Program-made: the position numbers and the translations under genes
Part shown: one piece after another, positions 1 through 13,400 of the stretch
How the letters are laid out: each line of letters begins with the position of its first letter
How positions within the stretch are numbered: position 1 is the stretch's first letter
The notes under the pieces: generated by a model
Databases searched by the model: none
Seen by the model: only the letters and a program-made list of their open reading frames with translations
Told to the model about the DNA's origin: nothing
From: Macrostomum lignano
Taxonomy: Eukaryota
Direction of reading: 5' to 3'
DNA length: 64,000 nucleotides
NCBI GenBank assembly: GCA_002269645.1
Contig: NIVC01000136.1
Span: forward strand, 434,001-498,000

Positions 1-4
1 CAAT

Positions 5-303
5 GGGAGTTGTAGCCTAGTTGTTAGTCGGACTCACGACTTGAAGGTCGGGGGTTCGATTCCCGATCCCACGGGAACAATTAACTATGCATTGCTTCAG
101 TTCACCCAGCAGTAAAATGGGTGCCAGCATTAGCTGGGGTAATTGAGGCTGTGTGTGGCGACCCCCCCCCCGTCCTTGGACTGAACAGCCGTACGCAGCC
201 TTCAGATGCGCCGCGCAATAGCTGCGGCTGAGCTGTCGGTTGCATACATCTGGTCTAATTGAGGCAGTTGTAATAAATTATTATTATTGTTATATTATTA
301 TAA
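5..303 (+). mobile_element. tRNA-derived SINE (A/B boxes, conserved central domain, (TTA)n tail)
   Basis: The head GGGAGTTGTAGCCTAGTTG..GGTTCGATTCCC carries Pol III A- and B-box-like motifs but has an incomplete cloverleaf. The central CTTCAGTTCACCCAGCAGTAAAATGGGTGCC resembles CORE/Meta-type SINE cores. The element ends in a TTA-rich tail. Confidence 0.75.
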
Positions 304-910
304 AGCATTAAACAAGCATATCTTACATGCGACTTTAAACATAAGAGCTACTGAGAAGAAAGTCTATGCATGGATTGCTCAGATCAAAGCTGTATTGCAA
401 TAGAGCTTCGATCGAGCGCAGACTTTTGTTCGATCAAACTACGGAAAACATTAAGAAATAGGAGACGCCAAAAATTGCTGAAAAGTCTGCTTTAACTCCA
501 CACAGAGTTTGTCGATCTGCTGAACTAGACGAAATTCAATAATCAGTTGAGAGAGAGAGAAAGTTGAGGGATCACTCATCGCGGAAGCCGTCATTGACGC
601 AATAGTTATGCGAGGAAAAAAATGAAAACCGAAAAAATGGAGATCAATTGTGAAGAGAGAGAAAGAAAGAAAGAAATGGGGGGTTGAGAATCGAGAGGGC
701 GATCGAGTCCAACATCTGGCAAACACATGTCACTCCTAAACTTGCTGCTAACCAAAGTGTTCTGGGATAGAATTTCGCTCACGCTGCTAAGGTATGGAGC
801 GCTTACTCTTGTCTCCAAGCCTGTCCACCGTGAGCTTTGCTGAAGGCAACAGTCGCCTCCGCGGTCACCACCTCCTCCTCGACTCCGCTTCGGCGATCGG
901 GTTTCCGCCG

Positions 911-954
911 CCTGAGTCGGACAAAATTTTATAAAACCCCCCCGCCGACTCAGG
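911..954 (+). promoter_or_regulatory. Candidate core promoter of the giant mucin gene: TATAAAA flanked by a perfect 10-bp inverted repeat
   Basis: CCTGAGTCGG (911-920), TATAAAA (930-936) and CCGACTCAGG (945-954), about 200 nt upstream of the predicted ATG at 1149. Confidence 0.35.
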
Positions 955-1148
955 AGGTTCCGTCGAATCCCTCGGCTGCCTACTAGACTATTTTGCTTCT
1001 GCCCAGCAACAGAGTCTGGGAGCTGACGTGTTCATAAGAAACTCTGCCGATTATTCCTCGTAGAAGCCTGTCGCAGTGCACTGCTGTTATCAGGTATATC
1101 CTGTGCCAGTTTATTTTTAGGAAGCAACTGCAATCAAGACAGCTGCTG

Positions 1149-1452
1149 ATGGGACCCGGCAGGTACCCAGCCGCTGTGCTGCTGTCGGCTGTACTGCTGT
1201 AAGTGCCTTCGAGATGAAGCCAATAATTTTACCTCCACAGTGCCATATTGCAGGAAGCTCACCAACTCTCGATATTAATATTCGCAGGTACTGCTCCGCC
1301 GTGGCAACCGCCTCTGGCAGCATGAGCAGCAGCAAGAATCACTTTTGCAACAGCACTCGAACAGAGGACTACGTAAAGTGCTCTGATGCCAAAGAGAAGG
1401 GCTACGTTGTGCTCAAGACCCACAGCGATGGGGTCAACTGTCAGGTGCAAAT
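1149..1452 (+). CDS. Mucin exons 1-2: signal peptide and EMI-like domain
   Basis: Spliced product: MGPGRYPAAVLLSAVLL|YCSAVATA...HFCNSTRTEDYVKC...VNCQVQI|KYRTCCSGW. The Cys spacing and the YRxCCxGW ending are typical of EMI domains. Confidence 0.75.
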
Positions 1453-4400
1453 GTAAGTCAGCTCTCTTGTTCCTTATGATTAATTTGTGTTTCCAGTGTA
1501 GAAGACAAATATGCAATAGATTTTATAATTTCTAAATGATTGTTCATGGCAATTCATTCTACTGTATTTCAATAATTCATGAAGTTGGCTAGATTAGCAA
1601 TCCATTTTTCCATGTAAATCATTCATGAAGTTGGCTAGATTAGCAATCCATTCTACTACATGTACATCATTCGTAAAGTTGACTAGATTAGCAATCCACT
1701 CTACTGCATACACATTATTCACGAAGTTGGCTAGATTAGCAATCCACTCTACTGCTTGTACATCATTCGTAAAGTTGGGTAGATTAGCAATCCATTCTAC
1801 TGCATGCACATCATTCGTAAAGTTGGGTAGATTAGCAATCCATTCTACTGCATGCACATCATTCGTGAAGTTGGCTAGATTAGCAATCCATTCTACTGCA
1901 TGTACATCATTCGTGAAGTTGGCTAGATTAGCAATCCACTCTAATGCATGTACATCATTCGTGAAGTTGGGTATATTAGCAATCCACCCTACTGCATGCA
2001 CATCATTCGTGAAGTTGGGTAGATTAGCAATCCATTCTACTGCATGTACATCATTCGTGAAGTTGGCTAGATTAGCAATCCATTCTACTGCATGTACATC
2101 ATTCGTAAAGTTGGCTAGATTAGCAATCCACTCTACTGCATGTACACCATTCGTGAAGTTGAGTATATTAGCAATCTATTCTATTATTTTGTGTCGTTAC
2201 TAGTGTCGAAAAGTGTCGAAATCCGTCAATAAACTAAATTCACCCTAAAGCCTCTCACCTGGTCTCCCCCCCCCACTTCCGCAGCAAATACCGCACCTGC
2301 TGCTCAGGCTGGATCGGCTCCAGCTGCTCAGAGGCCGTCTGCAGTCCAAAGTGCGACAACGGCATGTGCGTGGCGCCCAACTCCTGCAACTGCAGTTCTG
2401 GTTGGAGCGGCGCCACCTGCAACAAGCGTGAGTGCTTGGCTGTGGTGTGAAGTCACTCTAGTTAGGGAATGATTTTGCATAGGGTGCAGAGGTGTGAAGT
2501 CACTCTTTAGTTAGGATTAGAAATTGATTTTGCGTAGAGTAGAGGTGTGAAGTCACTCTGTAGTTAAGGAATAGTTTTGCGTAGAGTAGAGTGAAAAGTC
2601 ACTCTGTAGTTAGGGAATGGTTTTATATAGAGTGTAGAGGTGTGAAGTCACTCTGTAGTTAGGGAATGGTCTTGCATAGGGTGTAGAGGTGTGAAGTCAC
2701 TTTCAATAGTTGGAGAATGGTTTTGCATAAGGTGTAGAGGTGTGAAGTCACTCTTGATAGTTAATGAATGGTTTTCATTAGGGTAGAAGTGTGAAGTCAC
2801 TCCGAATGTTGATTTGGGACTAGAATGGCGCAGTATGGATTAATGTACGTTGGTTGGGGTCAATAGAGCTCAGTATCCGGTTCCTGCGAAGTCACTCCAT
2901 ACCGAATAGGGTTAGTATGGATCGGTAGTATGAAGTGATGTGTGAAGTCACTCTATTACGCTGACTATTGGTAGAATGATTCAGAATGGGGTTGGAGTGA
3001 AGTCACTCCAATAGTCTCAAAGCTCAACTTATCGTCGACTCAACCGATTTCGCAGCCGTGTGCGCCAAGGAGTGCGCCAACGGCGGCATTTGCGTAGCGC
3101 CGAACACGTGTCGCTGCGCCGCCGGCTTCGACGGCGAGCAGTGCCAGAGCGTGGCGACCACCGTGTCCAGCGTCTGCGTTGGCGGCTGCGGCTCCAACGG
3201 CAAGTGCGTCAGAGGCCGCTGCGTCTGCAACCTGGGCTACAAGGGTGACAAGTGCGAACTGCGTGAGTGACAGCAGGGATTTTACTGATCAGTGAATTAA
3301 CATTTATCACCTGTCATTGGAGTGCGAAATACAATCGATTACAAATTTTATTCAGCTCTCTGCAAGAACAACTGCAACTCAGTTGGCACCTGCCTGGCCC
3401 CCAACAAGTGCCGCTGCCCGGACGGTTACCATGGCGACCTGTGCCAAGTGTCTGCCCTGTACGCCTCTGACTCGACCGCCTTTGTCGCTGTTCGAGGTGA
3501 GGCCTATTTTGCTTGATTTACATGTACTTTGAGACTTGTGTGACTGAGCGATGCAGCTGGTGCTGTGCGATCCGCAACGCTCCTAAACCCCCGCCCCTCC
3601 CTCTCTCAGCCGTCAACAACACGCGCTACAGAAATAGCGCCGTCTGCAGCGCCTTCGGCGGCAAGCATTTTCTAACATTCGATGGAAAGTACTTCGACTT
3701 CCCGGCGCACGGCTCCTACGTTCTGCTGCAGGACTGCGTCAACAGCGAGGCCAAGTACCAGGTGTACTTCAACGGCAGCCGGAACTGCGCCGACGCCGCC
3801 CAGACTCGCTGCCAGGTGTCGCTGAAGATTGTCGCCGGCCCGGCCAAGGTTGAAATCATGCCTGGTGGCAGCGTGTTCGTCAACGAGAAGCCCGTCACCT
3901 TGCCCACCATTGCGGGCATCGTGTCGGTGTCCAACACCGCCAACCACATCACCGTCCGGGGTCTCGATGGTGAGCTCTGCTTTATGAATTTTATTTGCTC
4001 AATTTGCTCAAAAATCATTTGCCCCAGCTCACAAAAACTTTGACAAATTTGCCTGCAGATCTGGCCATCACCTACGACGGCGACCGCAACATCAACGTCT
4101 ACGCCCCGAAGACCATGTCGCGGACAGTCTGCGGTCTGTGCGGCCGATTCGACGGCAAGGCGGCCAACGATTTCACCGACCTGATGAACAAGCCGCTGAC
4201 CCGCGTGGTCGACTTTGCCAAGGCTTGGCGTGACGAGTCTCCCGATGACAAGAACGTCTACCCGTCTGTGCCAGCCGATGCGCAGCACCCGTGCGCTCGG
4301 CTGCGATCGAAGTCAACTTCGCTGCTTGAGTCCGCGCAGAGTCTCTGCTCAATCCTGCGATCCGGCAGCTCAACTTTTTCCGCCTGCCATAGCCGCGTTA

Positions 4401-7400
4401 ACAGCAGCGTCTACGAGTCGATGTGCATGAAGGACATGTGCACCTGCTTGTTGAACGGTAATGCTACAGTCTGCAACGAGCAGCGGTGCAATTCTGCCAC
4501 CCTGTACTCTAGAGCCTGCACCCAGCAGGGCATCGTCATCAACTGGAGGCAGAGCAACCTGTGCCGTAAGTCAGGCTTATTCATTATTTAAAAAAGCATC
4601 ACAAATTCATTTGAATGTGCTCCTTCAATGATTTTAGCTGCACCAAAGTGCTCCAACGGCAAGGTTTTCAGCGAGTGCAGCCACGATTGCAATCAGAAGT
4701 GCGGAACGAACACTGTGGACGACGACTGCGGAACACACTGCGTTGACGGCTGCTTCTGTCCCTCTGGTAGGTTCTGGGATGGCCATAAGTGCGTTATCCG
4801 AGACAACTGTCCTTGCAACCGCGCTGGAGACAGCCGCAGCTACCCAGTGGGTTCAAAGTACTCCCACAAGTGTGAGCAGTGCGTCTGCGACCGCGGTGGC
4901 AGCTGGAAGTGCTCGCCAACTGACGAGTGCTACGGCTACTGCACAGTGTCTGGCGACCCGACCTACAGAACATTCGACGGTCGACACTTCAGCTTCGAGG
5001 GCCACTGCGAGTACATCATGATGATGCCGCAGCGTTCAGCTGCTGAGTCTCTTGAGTACCCTGTGGCGGTTTACGTTGAGAACAAATACTGCGACAGCGT
5101 CACGGATGTTCTGTGCGCCAAGCTGGTGACACTGCAGATGGGCTCAGGGGAGAAGCAGCACACGATCAGACTGGAGAGCCTGAGCCGCGTCAAGGTAGAC
5201 TCCGCCTACGTCAGTCTGCCAGTCAAAGTTCACGACATCACCATCAGACTGGTGTCCACCAGCATGCTCCGAGTTGAGACCAACAAGGGCTTCGATCTGC
5301 TGTGGAACGGCCGCACTCGCATCCAGATCCGACTTAGCAAGGCCTTCCGCAACAAGGTGACCGGTCTTTGCGGCAACTTTAACAACGACATGAAAGATGA
5401 CACCATTTCGCCAACTGGCATTGACGTCAAGGATATTAGGCAGTTTGCTAAATCGTGGAAGACCAACCCGACGTGCGACGCGAAGACTAGGTTTGTGTAC
5501 AATGGCGCTTGCGCCACCAGCAAGGAGTTCGATTCGTATGCCACATCTGTGTGCAACAAGCTGTACACCGAGTCGGTATTCAAGGCCTGCCATTCTCGCG
5601 TCGATCCCAAGTGGGCCCTTGAGCAGTGCAAGCACGACGTCTGCAGTTGCGGATCTAGACGCAAGGGAGTCATGTCCCAGTGCGAGTGCACAGCCTTCGC
5701 CTCGTACGCCCGGTCCTGCGCTCTCGATGGCAAAGTGCTGAACTGGCGCTCCTCCAGCCTGTGTCCCGTGAAGTGCCCACCGACCATGGAGTACCAGGAG
5801 TGCGGCAGCAACTGCGGAAAGACCTGCAAGCGAGTTGAGGCGTCGCCCTGTATTGAGGAGTGCGTCGAAGGCTGCCAGTGCCCGTCTGGCCAGGCTCTGG
5901 ATGAGGAGAAGGGAACCTGCGTGCCGCGCAACCAGTGCAAGTGCGTTTACAACGGTGTTTCCTACACTAACGGCCAAGTGCGCAAGGACAAGTGCAACAA
6001 CTGTACCTGCACCGACGGCAACTGGGAGTGCACCAATCTCACATGCACTGATAGCAACACCTGTCCAGCTGGCATGGTCTGGTCCGAGTGCAGCGATTGC
6101 CAGCGCTCCTGCGAAAACATCAACATCGAATGCCCGAAATCGTCCTGCAAGAGCGGCGGCTGCGTGTGCCCCAAGGGTCAGGTTCTGCACCAGGGCAAGT
6201 GCGTTGACAAGGGCAACTGCCCGTGCGCCATGGCTGGCAAGGTGTACGCTGAGAACTCTGTGGTGCCGCGAGGCAGCACCCGGTGCTACAACTACTGCAT
6301 GTGTCGCAAAGGCAGCTGGCAGTGCACGAACAACAAGTGCCCGAGCACCTGCCGAGTCTGGGGCGATCCTCACTACGAGACCTTCGACGGTCGCTACTAC
6401 GACTTCATGGGCACCTGCAGCTACGTGCTAGCCGAGGATTACTGCGGTGGCACAGCCGGAACCTTCCGTATCACTGGCGAGAACATCAAGTGCGGCGCAG
6501 AGGGCATGTCCTGCACAAAGTCCGTGAAGATCACCTACAGGGATGTGGTTGTCCACCTGGTCCGCGGTACAGACCCAATCATCAGCCGAAACCTCTACTG
6601 GCCGGTCACCCTGCCCAAGGCCAAGTACGAGATTTACCCAGCTGGTTTCTACCTGTTCTTCCGCACGGAGGATGGCATCGAAGTCCAGTGGGACATGAAG
6701 ATGAAGGTATCCGTCACCCTGCAGCCCAACTGGATGGAGAAGGTCTGCGGTCTCTGCGGTAACTTCAACAACAAACGCGACGATGATCTGCGAGCTCGCA
6801 CTGGCGAGGTTGTCGAGGACAAGGTTGCATTCGCAGACTCGTGGAAGGTGCGCAACACCTGCCCGAAGCCGCCGCCGACGCCAATTGCACCATGCTCAAG
6901 TGAGCGCAAACGCTGGGCTGAGAAGAAGTGCGCAATTCTGCGCAGCTCTGAGTTTACGTCTTGCCACTCCAAGGTTGAAGTTAACGAGTTCTATGACAAG
7001 TGCGTCATGGATACCTGCGCCTGCAAGCTGGACGACTGTCTCTGTTACTGCACAGCCGTGTCTCAGTACGTACTGAGGTGCAACGAGATGGGCGTTAAGA
7101 TCAAATGGAGAAACCCGGATGACTGTCGTGAGTATAAATTCTCATCTTTTTAGTAGCAGAATAGCATATAATAAATGCTAATGAAATAAAAAAACATGTT
7201 TGCTCGTTCACAATTTTTAGCCGTCATGTGCCCCAAGACCATGGTCTACAAACGCTGCGGCTCTACTTGTCCCCAGCGCTGCATCGACATCTCAAAGGGT
7301 GAGACCATCACGTCCGACTGCAAGAGCACCTGCGTCGAGGGCTGCTTCTGCCCCGACGGCGAGTTCTTAGAAGACGGCGTGTGCAAGAAGCGCGAGCAGT

Positions 7401-10400
7401 GCAGCTGCGTTGTTGGCGGCAAGAAAATCGCCTACGGCAAGAAGATTATCTACAAGTGCCAGGAGTGCACCTGCACTGCCGGCTCCTTGGAGTGCAAGCC
7501 CTACTACCTGGGCGACTGCGCAACTTTCCCTACTACGGTTCCTCCAACTACTACTCGTAAGACCGAATAGTGCATCTTTAGTGTTGTAAAATTTATCAAA
7601 CTAGCAACATAATTTCCATTCTCCTGATGCAGCTTTCTGCACCGGGCCCGGCCTGATCATCTGCCGCGGTGAGCGCAAGTACTGCGCGAAGCGCTGCGAC
7701 GGCAACCGCGAGTGCATGTACGGCGACGACGAGCAGTGCTGTCACGGCAACTGCACCACTACAGAGCCAGCCACTCGACCGCCAACGACCACAACGCCGC
7801 TGACCACCACGACAACGGCTGCCTGCCCGGCGCCAAAGATTCGCGTCGACTGCGCGCCGAAGTGTCCGAAGCGGTGCCACTACCAACGCTACACCAACCC
7901 GACTGGCTGCTCGATGTCCGAGTTCGAGTGCGAGTCCGGCTGCGTCTGTCCGTCTGGCATGGTCTCCAACGGCGAGAAATGCGAGCCAGAGTCGCACTGC
8001 ATGTGCTACGACAATGTCGCCAAGGTTGTGCGAAAGGTAAGCAGAAAAGATCTTTTAATTTCGAAACTTGAACTACTGCTGAATCTGATGATTAGTAATC
8101 GCATTCGTCATACACGCAATGGCAGCGTGGGCGTCGTTTTTTAAAGCTATGGGGAAAAATTCTCAGGCGATTGAATTTCGCTGCGCTTGAATTTTTCAAG
8201 CTGAAAGAATTTCGCCAAAGTGAAATCGCCCTGTTTGGGGAAGGATCTGAGCACGGCTACGGCGATTGTGAAGTGGCAGCGAAGGAGCGCGGGAGGATCG
8301 GCGGTGGGGTGGGGGCGCCTCAGCGGCTCGTCCGCCATATGGCGTCTCTCGGAGGGGCAGCTGCGCGACGCGGAACACAATCCAGAGAAAATGTCGCTAG
8401 AGAGAGGAAAACTGAGCTCCGTTGAGAGGGGCGTTGAAATTCCAGTTGGAGCCAGACTCAACTTAGAGTGGGGACTGAGGCGCAAGAGCAAAAATGTCTT
8501 AGATTTCAGGCATCAGGGGGTCCTGTCTGACCAATGGTATTAAAAATTTCCCATTTTTTAATATTGTAAAAGTCAATAGTGTCATGCTTTGCTGGCGTGA
8601 CAGGAGGGTTGAGAAAAACTTTGTCGATCAGAAAGGAAAAGTGCGAGCATTAATAATGACACATCTACAAAGCGTCTGGAATGTAGCGTATTGTTGATTA
8701 TCTCAAAACTTCATTGCAGCCTGGAGAAAAGTGGGAGGTTGACTGCCGCGTGTGCGAGTGCTCCAACAACGATGTCAAGTGCTCGCCGAAGTGCTCAACA
8801 ACCTGCCCACCTGGCAGCAAGGCCATCTCCGTGTCGGGCAAGTGCTGCCCGGTGTGCAGCACCACCACAACTACCACGACGGTTCCAACAACGCCAACTT
8901 GCCCCGCGGGAATGGAGCGCGTTGACTGCCGATGCACAAGAACCTGCGACGATGTGCTCGCTGGCCGCAGCGCCTGCAGTCTACCCGACGGCGTCCGACC
9001 AGACTCTGAGGGCAAGTGCTGCATGGACAAGTCGAAGGTCTGTGCCGAAGGAATGGTTTTGTCATCTTCGGGAGCTTGTGTCAACGAGACTCAATGCGTC
9101 TGCAAGCCAGACAACCAGCCGATTGGTCGTGTCTTCCGCGTCAACGGCACCGACTGTGACAAGAACTGCCAGTACAAGGTGAACTGTGTACGCACCTGCA
9201 CTCCAATCTGCGAGCTGACAACTTGCGCCCCGGGTTACAGGCTTGTGCAGCCATCTGGAAGCTGCTGCCGCTGCGAGGTGAACCCGACCACACCGCCGCC
9301 AGCCTGTCTGGACAAGGACGGCGTTAAGCATTCTGAGGGCTCGACCTGGCGCTCGGGCTGTGCCATCTACACCTGCACCAAGGGCGTGATTTCCTCCAGG
9401 AAGGAGTGCAACGTTACTTGCGCCCCAGGCTTTATTCTGCGTCAGTACCCGACTAACCCAACCCGGTGCTGCGAGTGCGAGCGATTGGCAACAACGACAG
9501 TGATTGTGACACCGACCACAACCACTCTGACGAAGTGCACGCACCACGAGATCACTCTGGCCAGCGATTCTGGCTCCAAGTTCGAGATGCGCGCCAGCTC
9601 AAACAACATCGACCGGCTCAAGGCGCTGAAGGGCGCCCCCGCTAACAGCAGTTGGAGTCCAGACGCATCGGATGATGAGCCAAGGCTTGTGTTCGCTATC
9701 ACGCCGCGACCAGGCAGCCGAACCATCATCACGAAGCTGGAGCTGACAGCCACCAGAGCCCGATCAGTGGAGGTCGAGTTTACCAGCGGCAGCGACATCT
9801 GGTATTCGAAGCGAGTAGCCACGCCATCTTCCAGCGGTCTTGTCTCGCTCAGTTTCAGCAATGAAACAACTGACGGAGTCTCCGCCACGGCAGTGCGAGT
9901 CACATTCCCCCGCGGCTCAGGCGTCAAGGTGAACCCGTCCGTGTCCGGCCTGCTTATCTCTGCCTGCTTCGAAGTGAGCACAACAGTCGTCGCGCCAACA
10001 ACTACTCCGATATGCGCCAGCGGAGACAAGAAGGTCATCAGCGAGTGCATCAGCCAGGTGTGCGAGTCTGGCGCCTGGATCCGCAAGAAGTCCTGCTCCA
10101 TCGAGTGTGGCAGTAGCTGCTCAATCGTGCATTTCTCCGGAGATGCCTGCTGCAAGTGCTCCTGTGGCACCACCACGACTACTAGAGTCGTTACGACCAC
10201 CACCGCGCCGCCAACAACAACCACGCCCATGTGCGCGGCCCCGATGGAGCCGTCTGACTGCATGCGCAAGTGCCGCAAGTGCCACTACATCGAGCCGGAG
10301 TGCAGCTCGGAGGGAAAATTCCCCTGCGAAAGCGGCTGCCAGTGCCCATCTGGCTACAGAATGAACTCCACCAACCACTGCGTCAAGTCAGAAGACTGCA

Positions 10401-13400
10401 GCTGTCGATCGCCCGATGGCAAGGTCCGCTCCGCTGGAGATGTCTGGGTTGTTGACTGCATCCGATACACCTGCGCCAACAACACGATCAGCAATCTGGG
10501 CCGAGTGCCGTGCAGGAGTGTCACATGCCCGGTTAGTGTTGATACCGCTGTTGTTAAACCGTACGCTTCTAAAAACCACTATTGCATAAAATTATTTAAT
10601 CACTAACTTTAGGCCGGCTCAATGATGGTGACTGCCGATTGCTGTCCGTCATGCGTCACTAAGCCGCCCACAACGGGCCCGGAGACCACATTGCCGCCCA
10701 CGACTACAGTTGCGCCCAAGCGTGTCTGCCACTACCTGGATCCTGCGACCAACCGTACTGTGGAGAAATCAGTACGAAATAAATTATTTTGACAAATTTA
10801 TTTTAACAGTTGAGCACCCGAATTAAACTCCTTTCTTTTGACGCGATTGCAGATCAATGAGACCTGGGTTGAGACAGCCGTCGGTACGTCCTGCAAGCGT
10901 GTCTGCTCGTGCACTACGGCCGCCATGGTCGAGTGCAAGAGTGTCGCCATCAGCGCCGCTGAGAAAGCGCAATGTTTGGAAAGCTGCCAGAAGAAGTATC
11001 CGGTATGTTTCTACCCACAAGCAAATTTTCTTACTTCAATTAGTACATGTAGGTTTAGTCTAGAATTAACTGTCGCACTAAAACTTTTTAGACTGACAAG
11101 GATGTGAAGGCCAACTTCGATTCCAGCTGCCGTTGCGGCTGCACGTCAAGCTGCACAGAGTTGAAGGTGTGCGAGCTGCCTTGCAACGAGACAGTTGGCA
11201 GTTTGGACGAGCAGAACCTCTACTGTCTGTCCAAGGGCCTTTTCAAGACCGAGCCAAAGTGCACCTGCAGCGAGGCTCTGCCAGGCTACGGAAGCTCGGA
11301 AGTTAGAAGCGCCACTTTCGGAGGTGCAAAACACTGCTTCGCTCAGAAGACGTGCACAAAGAGCTGCAATTACAACGGCAAGAGAGTTCCGGTACGCATT
11401 TTTTACAGAAAGTTAGAGTATTAATGATTGATGTATTTATGACTCGCTCAAAATGTTTTCTCTAAAAACCAATGCGCAGATCCACGGTGTGGTCAAAGAG
11501 GTGGACTCCACTGGTAGCGTTATTCCATGCCGAGAGTGCACCTGCGGCGAGTCCTTCACAATGTCGTGTAACACGGTGAAGAACTGCACTGTGACCACAA
11601 CTGAGGCGCCAAAAACAACGACGGCTCCGGGCTGCTCCTGCGCCAAGCCCTACGAAGAGTCCGTCAACTCCACTGGAAAGTGCCGGGAGAAGATCTGCCA
11701 CTATCTTAAAGGCTCGTGCGTTTCTCGCGGCGAATGCAACTGCGAATGTAAGGGCGCCTATCTGTTCTTCAACGGTACAACCTGCGTTAACCAGGCCAAC
11801 TGTTATTGCAAAGACGAGAATGGCGCTTTGAGAAAGGTGTGATTTCATCATTTATCCTTTTTTCATAAGACTTTAAGACTTACTTATTTGCAACTTTTCT
11901 GCCGACTCACCCATTTAGAACGGAGAGAAATGGCAAAACCCGACCGATCCGTGCAAGACGCACATGTGCGTGGACAACCAAATCCAGACGTCTGATAGAC
12001 GGCCCGACTGTCCGAAGTTCGTTTGCCCACCAGACTCTGTGCGCCAGGTTCCCCCTGGCAAGTGCTGTGCCATCTGCACGCCGCAGAATGTGACTACAAC
12101 AACAGCAACCACTACCCCGAGGCCGACAACTACGACACCGATGCCGACGACAACAACACTACGATGCGCCGATTGCGGCATCTGCAAGATCCCTGGCTGC
12201 TTCCCTGCAGACAGTCTAGAGCTTGTCACTGCAGCAGCCGCCAGAACCTGCGACTACCAGCACTGCTGCTCCCCACCATCTTGCCCATCAAGCACAAGCG
12301 AGGTCAGGTACATCCGCTACAGAACCGTATGCGTGGCTTACAAGCTTTGTATGACGACAACAACCCCGCCGCTGCCGACCACAACTACCACAACACCGAT
12401 GCCAACGACGACTACCGCGTTTATCGAGCGTCACGGTATGGAAAATAATTATTTTGGGGTTGTATATTTGAGCTTTAAAAACCAATAAAAGTAACTTAAT
12501 TTACAATTGCAGTGTGCACTGATCCAATGACGCCGATGAGAGCCATCCAGAGCTACACTGGTACGTCTGGTATCGCATCTGAGGCTAGCCCCGGCAAGTC
12601 CGGCTGGCGGCCATCGACCAGTGGCACAATGAATGAGATGCTGACCATCAAGTTGGGCTTCGGAATTCCGTTTACTGGCTTCGAAATTAAGACATCTAAC
12701 GTGAAATTCTTCAGAGTGAAGTACAGTGACGCAACTGGCAGGGTATTCAACCCTTACACTGAGGCCAGCGTCACTAAAGTGTTCTCAGGCAGCGACTTTG
12801 CCTCAACCGGCCGATTTATCTTCCGCAAGAGTTTCGTCGAGACGGTAGTCTACGTGCGACTGGAGATCATTTCGTTTGTTATCCCTGGCGCACCGGCATC
12901 AATTAACTTCGAGCCTCTGGGATGCTACAAAGTGACAACCACAACACCTTCAACTACAACTACAACTTTGAAGCCAACAACAACAACACCGATTCCTCCA
13001 ACAACAACAACAACAACAATCGCTCCAACGACTACACCATCTTGCACTATCACCGAGGGAATGAACGCCGACCTGTACATTCCACCAACTTCCATCACAG
13101 TGAACCCACGCCTTGCCTGGGGATCAGTCAATGATATCCGACCGTCCGGTTCGGGCTGGAAGGTCCCTGTAGCAAGACCCGGAGAAGACAATCCGAGCGT
13201 TGTTGTCGACCTAACTCGTGGCGGAGTTGATGAGCCTACCTTCTTGGACACTGTACAAGTCTTTGGCAATGCTAAGTCCTTCAGCCTGCTGTACACGAAG
13301 AAGGGCTCAAGTGAGTTCAAGCCGTTTGGCTCACTGAACTGGCCAAGTCTGGTTCCAGCCAAGGTTACTCAGAATGACTGGACTCAGGTCAAGATCGTTT

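Noticed and set aside
5-77. Functional tRNA gene
   Set aside because: The D-arm and acceptor stem do not close properly, and the sequence runs on into a SINE body and tail.
1594-2203. ORFs 1625-2203 (+) and 1594-2001 (-) with 16-aa repeats
   Set aside because: They translate a 48-bp minisatellite inside a GT-AG intron whose flanking exons join in frame.
5144-6373. 409-aa - strand ORF and other long antisense ORFs over GC-rich exons and over LINE ORF2
   Set aside because: They are codon-bias shadows with no recognisable motifs.
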